A stretch of DNA of 24,254 nucleotides from Archangiaceae bacterium (GTDB lineage: Bacteria > Myxococcota > Myxococcia > Myxococcales > Myxococcaceae): NCBI GenBank assembly GCA_043750125.1, contig JAYVCD010000449.1, positions 1 through 24,254 on the forward strand, written 5' to 3'. Positions 16,920 through 24,254 of the stretch are shown one piece after another. The position numbers and the translations under genes are program-made. Position 1 is the stretch's first letter. Each line of letters begins with the position of its first letter. The notes beneath the pieces were generated by a model. The model was not told where the DNA came from. It was given only the letters and a program-made list of their open reading frames with translations, and did no database searches.

Positions 16920-18341
16920 ATGCCGGTTTCCTTTCTTCTTCTGTTCGCGCTCTTGGCGGACCCTGCTGTGGACGCTGGGATTCCCGCGCCGCTGATGGAA
17001 CCGACTGCGTGGCCGATCGAAGCCCGGCCCCTGTCCGCGATCGACGCGGGGGTCCACGCCGCCGAGCCCGTTCACCTCGAAGTCCCCCCCACCGAGCCCG
17101 CGGAAAACCAGGGGCGGGTCAAGCTGCGCGCCGCGGCCGAGAGCAGCCTCACTTCGTTTCCTTCGGGGACCCCGGGCGGAGGACAAGACGCGTTCATCGA
17201 CCTTCGCCCCATCCTCGGAATCAGCATCGGCGAGGACTTCGGAATCGAGGTGGGCGCTCAATTCCGATTGCGGCTGATCGACAATGAACCGGCCCAGCGC
17301 GCGGGCGACATCGGCGGAGCGCTGCGCCGCGCCGACTGGGACGAAGCCTCGGACTTCGGGCAGATCCTCCGCTCGCTCACCATCAACAATCCAGACAGCG
17401 CGTTCTGGGTTCAGGCGGGGTCGGTGCGGAAGAAGACGCTCGGACTGGGCCACCTGATTTCCAGGTACTCCAATCAGGACAACCCCGACTACCACCCCGC
17501 GGGCGCTGCGATCGGTGCCGGCTACAAGGCCATTCGCGCAGAGCTCTTCGTCAGCGACATCTTTGGCGCCCGCATCTTCGCCGGCGAAACGGTCGCAGAT
17601 CTGGGCCGCATCTTCGGCAGCACCGAAGGGGTGTTCGACCGCTTTCACCTCGCGTTCTCGTTGGCGCACGACGCCGGGCGCGCGGGGACAGTCGCTCCCT
17701 CGGTGACGCTCTATCAACTCGACTTCGATGCGGTCCTCTACCGCAGCGCCGCCGCCCGCATCATGGCCCTCGCCGGCCTCGGCGCGCGCCTGGCCGATGC
17801 GGTCGACTCCACCGGAGACCTGGGGTTGGTGGTGGGAATCTCGGTCGACGCGACACTGGAAGGCGGTTTCTCAATCGGAGGAAAGGCCGAGGTCCGCAAG
17901 CAGCAATCGGGATTCCGGCAGGGGTTCTTCGGTCCGGGCTACGAGCTTTCGCGCTTCGCGAGCATCGGATTCTCAGGCCCGTCGCAAGCGGCCGAGCAGC
18001 TGCCCGACGGGTTCAGCTTCGTGGGCGAGCTGCACCTCGCCAGTGGCACCGCCGTTTCGTTCGATTTCGCGCTCGAGCATTTCACCTGGAACCGCACCGA
18101 TGTGGATGCGGTGTTTTCGCTGGAAGTCATCAACCAACGGTTGATCGCCGGGGCCCGCTTCACGGCGGTAGGCCTGGGGAAAATTCCGCGCTACGCCACC
18201 ACCAGCGAGCTGCGGCTGCGCCTCTTCTCTTCCTTCTACGTGCTGGCCGCCGCCGGCACCGTCTTCTTCCCTCAACCCGACGGGACCCTCGTCCGCGGCA
18301 TCTACGCCGGTGTGGGCGCCGGCCTCGACTTCGAACGCTGA
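16920..18341 (+). CDS. Probable outer-membrane beta-barrel protein
   Basis: N-terminal hydrophobic signal, many amphipathic alternating strands, and a C-terminal GIYAGVGAGLDFER resembling a beta-signal. Confidence 0.65.
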   Translation: MPVSFLLLFALLADPAVDAGIPAPLMEPTAWPIEARPLSAIDAGVHAAEPVHLEVPPTEPAENQGRVKLRAAAESSLTSFPSGTPGGGQDAFIDLRPILGISIGEDFGIEVGAQFRLRLIDNEPAQRAGDIGGALRRADWDEASDFGQILRSLTINNPDSAFWVQAGSVRKKTLGLGHLISRYSNQDNPDYHPAGAAIGAGYKAIRAELFVSDIFGARIFAGETVADLGRIFGSTEGVFDRFHLAFSLAHDAGRAGTVAPSVTLYQLDFDAVLYRSAAARIMALAGLGARLADAVDSTGDLGLVVGISVDATLEGGFSIGGKAEVRKQQSGFRQGFFGPGYELSRFASIGFSGPSQAAEQLPDGFSFVGELHLASGTAVSFDFALEHFTWNRTDVDAVFSLEVINQRLIAGARFTAVGLGKIPRYATTSELRLRLFSSFYVLAAAGTVFFPQPDGTLVRGIYAGVGAGLDFER

Positions 18342-18344
18342 GCC

Positions 18345-19574
18345 ATGAAAACAGCCAACCTCGCGATCGTCTTCACCGACATCAAGGGCTTCACCGAGCG
18401 CACCAGCCGGCAAACCCTCGAGCAGAATCAGACCCTGCTGCGCACCCACCATGACTTGCTCGCGCCCGTCTTCCGCGCGTTCCACGGAAAGATCATCAAA
18501 GAGATCGGCGACGCGTTCCTCGTCACCTTCGAGTCACCGACCCAGGCGGTGCTGGCCGGGGTCGCGCTGCAAGACAAGCTCTGGTCCCACAATCGCCGCC
18601 TCGCGACCGACGACCGAATCGACGTCCGGGTGGCGATCAACTGTGGAGAGGTGAGGCTCGAGCACGGCGATGTCTTCGGCGAGCCGGTCAACATCGCCGC
18701 GCGCGTCGAAGGCCTGGCCGACGCGGGCGAGGTCTACCTCACCGAGTCGGTCTACCTCGCGATGAACAAGGCCGAAGTCCCGTCGCAAGAAGTGGGTCTG
18801 TTTGAGCTCAAAGGAATTCCGGGAAAGATTCGGGTCTTCAAGGTTCCCCATGCGCCCTACCGGGTCGCGCCGGTCGTGGGGGGCACCGAGCCGGTCGCCG
18901 TCGACGACGTTCCCCCCTATGGAAATCTGGGGCTCTCGAAGATGCCCGACGGAACCGGGGCCGAGCTCACCGCCCGGGCCGCGCAGTTGACTGCCAAGGC
19001 GATGCACGGGGGGGAAGTGCTGATGAAGCGGGCGGTGCACGGGATGAGCTCGCGGGACGGGACGGGCGCGATCACGCTCGTACGCCGGGGGGCGCCGGTG
19101 GCCCTCGCGTTGGTGGCGGTGTTGCTCGGAGTCTCGGCGGTGCGGTGGCTCTCTACGTCGGCGCTCGAGCGCGCGGTGCGGGCGGTCGAAAAGTCGGCGC
19201 CTGAAGAGAAGAACCCGAAAATCGAAGCGGTCCTCAAGTTGCTGGTGGTCGAGAAGGACCTCGGCACCCAGCAGTATTGGAGCGGGCGCTTGCAGGAAGC
19301 CCGCGATGACACCGGCGCTCTTCGGCACTACCGGGCCGCGGCGCAGCAGGGGTACACCGCCGCGGAAGACCGGTTGATCTCGTTGCTCGATCACCCGCGC
19401 TGCGAGTGGCGGGTGGCCGCGCTGGAAACCGTCGGTGAGCTGAAGCTGCTGCGGGCCCGCAGTCGGGTCGCGGCGCTGGCCGAAACCGGCGGGGCGGATG
19501 ATGTGCAGAAGGTGCTCTTCCTCGGGTGCAACTCGCGCAGCGAAGCGGCATCCGTGCTGCGCAAGCTGGAGTGA
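18345..19574 (+). CDS. Class III adenylate cyclase with a TM helix and C-terminal SEL1/HEAT-like repeats
   Basis: FTDIKGFT, KEIGDAF, GDVFGEPVNIAAR and ELKG. The metal-binding Asp pair, the adenine-specifying Lys/Asp and the Asn/Arg are all present. Confidence 0.9.
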   Translation: MKTANLAIVFTDIKGFTERTSRQTLEQNQTLLRTHHDLLAPVFRAFHGKIIKEIGDAFLVTFESPTQAVLAGVALQDKLWSHNRRLATDDRIDVRVAINCGEVRLEHGDVFGEPVNIAARVEGLADAGEVYLTESVYLAMNKAEVPSQEVGLFELKGIPGKIRVFKVPHAPYRVAPVVGGTEPVAVDDVPPYGNLGLSKMPDGTGAELTARAAQLTAKAMHGGEVLMKRAVHGMSSRDGTGAITLVRRGAPVALALVAVLLGVSAVRWLSTSALERAVRAVEKSAPEEKNPKIEAVLKLLVVEKDLGTQQYWSGRLQEARDDTGALRHYRAAAQQGYTAAEDRLISLLDHPRCEWRVAALETVGELKLLRARSRVAALAETGGADDVQKVLFLGCNSRSEAASVLRKLE

Positions 19575-19648
19575 CTTCCAAACTGTCGCAGCAGTAGGGT
19601 CCGCCGGTTATTGGCCAGGCGAAAGCCAACCCCCCCCAAAGGCACCCC

Positions 19649-21367
19649 ATGTCTGCTTCCGCCGTAGCCATTCCCCCTTCGATGCCGTTTCCCCAACTCG
19701 ATGCTTCGATCGCCCGGGTCCGCGCCGCGAGCAGGGAATTCGCCGGACTCTCGATCGACGAACGCATCTCTCTGCTCGAGCGAATGCGCCTGGGGTACCG
19801 CGAGATCTCCGAAGAGAGCGTGAAGCTCGCCTGCGCCGCGAAGGGCATCGACTTCAGCTCGGCTACGTCTGGCGAGGAATGGATTTCCGGGCCGATGGTC
19901 ACCCTTCGCGTCATCCGCCTCACCGAAGAGGCGCTGCGCGAGGTGAAGCAGTATGGAGCGCCGCGGATCAAGCCTTCGGACGTGAGAGACCTTCCCGATG
20001 GGCGGATCGCGGTGAAGGTCTTTCCCAACAACGCCTTCGATTCGACCTTGCTGCCCAAGCACCTGGGCGAGGTCTACATGCAGCAGGGAATCACCCGGGA
20101 AAACCTCAATGACCACCAGGCGGGCTTCTTCAAGAAGCCGCATCAGGGCCGGGTGTGCCTGGTGCTCGGCGCTGGAAACGTGAACGCGATTCCCCCCACC
20201 GACGTGGTCTACAAGATGTTCGTCGAAGGAACCGCGTGCGTGCTGAAGATGAACCCGGTCAACGCGTACCTCGGGCCGCTGATCGAACGCGCCTTTCAGC
20301 CGCTGGTCGCGCGGGGCTTCCTGACCGTCGTGTATGGCGGCGCGGAAGAGGGCGCCTACCTCGCTGCGCACCCGGGCATCGACGAGATCCACATCACCGG
20401 CTCGGACAAGACGCATGACGCGATGGTGTGGGGCCTGGGTCCCGACAGTTCCGCCCGCCGCGCCCGCAACGAGCCGGTGCTGAAGAAGGCGATCTCGAGC
20501 GAGCTGGGGAACATCTCGCCGGTCATCGTCGTCCCGGGCGCCTGGGATGAGGGCAGCCTCGAATACCAGGCAGGCAACATCGCCGGGCAGGTCTGCAACA
20601 ACGCTTCGTTCAATTGCAATTCCGCGAAGCTGATGGTCACCAGCAAGGGGTGGTCGGGCCGGACCAGGCTGCTCGAGCTGATTGAAAAAAACCTCGGCAA
20701 AGCTTCGGTGCGCACCGCGTATTACCCGGGCGCCGAGCAGCGCTGGAAGCAGTTCACCGACGGCCGCACCAACGTGAAGCTCGTCGGCGCTCCGAAGCCG
20801 GGCCAGCTGCCCTATGCGCTGATCACCGGCATCGACCCCAACGACTCAAAGGACCGGACGTGGACGCAAGAGCCCTGGTGCACGGTGCTGTCCGAGACCT
20901 GCTTCGAGCGGCCAGACGCGGCCGGCTTCCTCGAGGACGCGGTGAAGTTCGTGAACGAGAAGGTGTGGGGCACGCTGTGCGCGACGATCATCGTTCACCC
21001 CTCGACGCTGGCCGACCCGGCAGGAAAGGCCGCGGTCGAGAAGGCGATTTCCGACTTGAAGTACGGAGCGGTGGTCGTCAACACCTGGGCCGGAGCCGTC
21101 TTCGCACTCGGCACCGCTCCCTGGGGCGGTCACCCGAGCAGCACCCTGCAGGACATTCAGTCCGGGCTGGGCTGGGTCCACAACACCTTCCTCCTCGAGG
21201 GAATCGAGAAGATGGTGCTGCGGGCTCCGGTGAAGGCGTTTCCGGTATCGCCCTGGTTCCCCGGTCACCGCACCCAGGACGTGCTGGGCCGACGGCTCAC
21301 CGACTTCGAGATGGAGCCCTCGTGGCTCAAGGTGCCCGGGCTCGCGCTGGCCGGGATGAAGGCGTAA
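19649..21367 (+). CDS. Aldehyde dehydrogenase family protein
   Basis: GAGN, LKMNP, HITGS, SELGNISP and catalytic NASFNC. Confidence 0.9.
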   Translation: MSASAVAIPPSMPFPQLDASIARVRAASREFAGLSIDERISLLERMRLGYREISEESVKLACAAKGIDFSSATSGEEWISGPMVTLRVIRLTEEALREVKQYGAPRIKPSDVRDLPDGRIAVKVFPNNAFDSTLLPKHLGEVYMQQGITRENLNDHQAGFFKKPHQGRVCLVLGAGNVNAIPPTDVVYKMFVEGTACVLKMNPVNAYLGPLIERAFQPLVARGFLTVVYGGAEEGAYLAAHPGIDEIHITGSDKTHDAMVWGLGPDSSARRARNEPVLKKAISSELGNISPVIVVPGAWDEGSLEYQAGNIAGQVCNNASFNCNSAKLMVTSKGWSGRTRLLELIEKNLGKASVRTAYYPGAEQRWKQFTDGRTNVKLVGAPKPGQLPYALITGIDPNDSKDRTWTQEPWCTVLSETCFERPDAAGFLEDAVKFVNEKVWGTLCATIIVHPSTLADPAGKAAVEKAISDLKYGAVVVNTWAGAVFALGTAPWGGHPSSTLQDIQSGLGWVHNTFLLEGIEKMVLRAPVKAFPVSPWFPGHRTQDVLGRRLTDFEMEPSWLKVPGLALAGMKA

Positions 21368-21399
21368 CCGCCTTTCCTGATTTCGAGGCAGCACCCGCC

Positions 21400-21972
21400 G
21401 CCGCGCGTCTTCGAGGCGATACGTGCCGTCGCGCCTATCGACCTGAAGCAGATTCCGAAGGACTCCCGCGGGCCGATCGAAAACCCAGATGCCCGCCACC
21501 AGCGCTTCGGCGCCGCGGGTGCCCGCTTCGAGGATCTCTTTGAGCGCCGCATCGAAGTCCGTGCCATCGAAGGTCCGGCTCTTGGCCAAAGCCAGCAACG
21601 CAGCGGTGGAGCTTCGCTGGCGGGCCTCGACCTCAGCCTGCAGTTTGATGCATTTCGCGCTGGTGCTCGAGCCGGACCAGCAGCGGCCACAACCCGGTAA
21701 ACTTCGGTCGGGTGATGAAGTCGAATGCCCCCGCTTCGAGCCAGCGGACAGTCGTTTCTTCGTCGTCCGCCACCACCACCACCGGGGCGTAGTGGCCGAG
21801 GTCCTGAACAAACCGGTCGGCCTCGGGTCCCGGCCTTTGCGCGGCGGTTGCGTCGGCCAGAATCAGGTCCCAACGCGAGTCGTCCAACACCGAGTCCATG
21901 TCGGAAGGCTCGACGCGCACCAGGGAATGCATCGCCGCAAATCAGCAAGATGCGTAGACCCGTTCCAGGCAT
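21400..21972 (-). pseudogene. Frameshifted, truncated receiver (REC)-GAF signalling gene
   Basis: Three frames join into one protein: MPGTGLRILLICGD / HSLVRVE..WDLILAD..EAGAFDFITRP / KLQAEVEARQR..FDAALKEILEAG..AGIWVFD. Shifts occur near 21932 and 21650, and the GAF domain is incomplete. Confidence 0.7.
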
Positions 21973-22197
21973 GTGACCCCAGGGCTCAAGACGGGTGGTT
22001 GGTGGACTGAAGGGACAAAGAACTCTGGGGGACCCGCATCACTTCTGGGGCGGGGGGCCTCGGCGCTCGGCTCGGCTAACGATTGGGATTTCGACTCAGG
22101 CTTTAATTTAGGACGCGTGACGCTTGAATTGTGCTTGTCGTTGTGAAAATTGTACTTGGCGTTCCCCATTCAACCCTTAATTCGATCCGGTGAGCCG

Positions 22198-23652
22198 ATG
22201 ACGAACCCGCTGATTTTGACGAAACCGCCGCTGCGCGACTTTCTCGAAATTCCGTACGACGAGCTCGAAGAGCTCAACCTCGAGGCGAAGGAAGCCCGGA
22301 TCAAACGCAAGAACCCCGAGAAGCTGCGCGAAGATCGAATGAAGTACCTCGCGGACGAACGGCGGATCAAAGCGGTCACCGTGTGCTTCACCGACCTCGA
22401 GGGGCGGATGCACATGTTGGACTACGACAAGAAGTTCTTGCTCAAGTCCGCGGACAACCTCACGTTCGATGGCTCGTCGATTCGAGGGTTCTCAGAGCAG
22501 CAAGAGTCGGACCTTCGCCTCGAGATTGACTGGCCTGCGTTCTATTGGCTGCCGTCGGACGTCTTCGGGCCCGGGAAGGTCCTCGTCTTCGGAGCGGTGA
22601 TCGATCGCGACGGCTCGCCCTACATCGCCGACCTTCGCGGCCGGCTGAAGAGCTACACCGACGCGCTGTTCAAGAAGGACCAGACCATCTGCCACGTGGC
22701 GCATGAGATTGAAGGCTTTCTCTTCAAGGGCCGCGACGCCGAACGCCACTTCCACGAGCTGGGGCATTTCGACTTCATCAGCACCGGCGGTTACTACCAC
22801 TCTCTGCCGGGCGATTCGCTGCGCAAGTTCATCGACTCGGCTGCCGAAGTGCAGCGGGCGATGGGCTTTGCGAACGAGAAAGATCACCCCGAAGTCGCGC
22901 CCAGCCAGTTCGAGATGAACTTCAGCTACGCCGACGCGTTGATCGGCGCCGACCAGGTGCAGCTGTACAAGTTGCTCTCGCGCCAGGTCGCAGCCCAGAT
23001 GGACCTGACCGCCTGCTTCCTGCCCAAGCCGGTCACCGGGGTCAACGGCAACGGAATGCACACCAACATGTCGCTCAACCGGAAGGGCGTAAACGTCTTC
23101 CACGACAAGAAGGGGCAGGACGGGCTGTCGAAAGAAGGGTGGAAGTTCATCGAGCGAATCTTGTCCAACGCTCCGGACATCTGTCTCGTCCTCAACTCTT
23201 CGGTCAACGCCTACCGTCGGTTGGATCCCCATTTCGAGGCGCCCAATCAGATCAAGGCGTCGGCGATCGACCGGGGCGCGATGGTGCGCATTCCGCTGGG
23301 CAATGAGAAGTCGGCCCGCATCGAGGTGCGCAGCGTCGCCCCCGATTCCAACCCGTACATGAGCGTCTACACCATTCTTCGCACCGGCCTCGAAGGCCCG
23401 CTGTTGAACGAAGAGGCGGGGAAGAAGTCGCGCACCCGCTTCTTGCCCGACAACATCTACGACGCGAATCGGCTCTTCAAGGGCAGCAAGTTCGCGCAGG
23501 GAATCTTCGGGGACAAGGTCCACGAGAAGTTCGCCGAGCTGAAGAACCTTCAGGCCGAGCGCTGCCCCAAGGCCCTGGGAGCGCGGGTGAAGACGTCCGA
23601 GATTCAGTTCCATCACGAGGTCACCAACCAGTACCTCTGGAATCAGTTCTAG
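22198..23652 (+). CDS. glnA: Glutamine synthetase (type I family)
   Basis: FDGSSIRGF, HEIE, HPEVAPSQFE, PKP..GVNGNGMHTN, NAYRRL, EAP, RGAMVRIP, RIEVR. Confidence 0.9.
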   Translation: MTNPLILTKPPLRDFLEIPYDELEELNLEAKEARIKRKNPEKLREDRMKYLADERRIKAVTVCFTDLEGRMHMLDYDKKFLLKSADNLTFDGSSIRGFSEQQESDLRLEIDWPAFYWLPSDVFGPGKVLVFGAVIDRDGSPYIADLRGRLKSYTDALFKKDQTICHVAHEIEGFLFKGRDAERHFHELGHFDFISTGGYYHSLPGDSLRKFIDSAAEVQRAMGFANEKDHPEVAPSQFEMNFSYADALIGADQVQLYKLLSRQVAAQMDLTACFLPKPVTGVNGNGMHTNMSLNRKGVNVFHDKKGQDGLSKEGWKFIERILSNAPDICLVLNSSVNAYRRLDPHFEAPNQIKASAIDRGAMVRIPLGNEKSARIEVRSVAPDSNPYMSVYTILRTGLEGPLLNEEAGKKSRTRFLPDNIYDANRLFKGSKFAQGIFGDKVHEKFAELKNLQAERCPKALGARVKTSEIQFHHEVTNQYLWNQF

Positions 23653-23660
23653 CCAGCCCC

Positions 23661-24254
23661 TTGGCCTTCACGCTCCTCTCTGGTTCTTCGCATCACGGCC
23701 TCGCCACGGCGCTGGCGCGGCAGCTCGGCTTCCCGCTGGGCGAGTGCTGCATCGACCGGTTTCCCGACGGAGAGTCGCAAATTGAAGTGCAGTGCGATGT
23801 GCGCGGGCAGGACGTCTTCGTGCTCCAATCGCTGTGCGCGCCGGTCGGCGAGCACCTGCTCGAGCTGACGATGATGGCCGACGCGATTCATCGGGGCGGC
23901 GCGCGCAGCGTCACCGCGGTGGTTCCCTACCTCGGCTACGCGCGGCAGGACCGGCGCGAGCTGGGCCGCGAGCCGTTGGGCGCCCGGGTGATGGCCGAGC
24001 TGTTGTCCGCAGGTCGCATCGATCGGCTGGTGTGTCTGGACCTTCACAGCCGCGCGGTCGAAGGGTGTTTTCCCCAGCCGCTGGAGCACGCGACCGCGAT
24101 TGCGGCCCTGGCCGCGCAGCTGGGCGACGTGCCGCGGCCGGCGGTGGTGATTTCTCCGGACCTCGGAGCCGTGAAGCGCGCCGAGGCCTACGCCCAGCTG
24201 CTCGACCTGCCGGTGGCAATCATTCACAAGCAGCGACTGTCCGGAGCCGAGGTC
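23661..24254 (+). CDS. prs: Ribose-phosphate pyrophosphokinase (3' partial)
   Basis: Missing from the ORF track because it runs off the window. TTG 23661 gives LAFTLLSGSSH...RFPDGE...VPYLGYARQDR...LDLH...SPDLGAVKRA...IHKQR. Confidence 0.93.
   Translation, partial: MAFTLLSGSSHHGLATALARQLGFPLGECCIDRFPDGESQIEVQCDVRGQDVFVLQSLCAPVGEHLLELTMMADAIHRGGARSVTAVVPYLGYARQDRRELGREPLGARVMAELLSAGRIDRLVCLDLHSRAVEGCFPQPLEHATAIAALAAQLGDVPRPAVVISPDLGAVKRAEAYAQLLDLPVAIIHKQRLSGAEV

Noticed and set aside
22156-22175. Sigma54 promoter for glnA (TTGGCGT...)
   Set aside because: The -12 position reads ATTCA rather than TTGC.
23443-23466. NIYD as a GlnE adenylylation site
   Set aside because: It appears to align with the downstream LPxsL.eA motif rather than the NLYDLP loop; this cannot be supported without an alignment.

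Overview
High-GC window with myxobacterial (Myxococcia-like) hallmarks: Cys/Gly-rich lipoproteins, an RpoE1-like ECF operon and a Hanks-type kinase fold. From left to right: the tail of a membrane protein; a large Cys-rich beta-propeller lipoprotein; a membrane pseudokinase; an APH-type kinase coupled to a HopA1-like protein (resembling class V lanthipeptide/thioamitide dehydratases, but with no precursor visible); a NiCoT/UreH-type permease; a DUF6162-like protein; an AT-rich decayed insert; a minus-strand trio made of a 40-aa secreted CCPFCP peptide, an ECF sigma with a shortened sigma4, and a Cys-rich membrane anti-sigma candidate; a stand-alone atpA; several lipoproteins; rpoE1 with an anti-sigma that has lost its Zn ligands, an outer-membrane barrel and a class III cyclase; an aldehyde dehydrogenase; a frameshifted REC-GAF remnant; glutamine synthetase; and a partial prs. 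No rRNA, tRNA, CRISPR array or IS element was seen. The best candidates for an undescribed system are the Cys-peptide/ECF/anti-sigma trio (8298-9476) and the precursor-less kinase/HopA1 pair (4049-6006). All family assignments come from motif recognition by eye, not from database searches.
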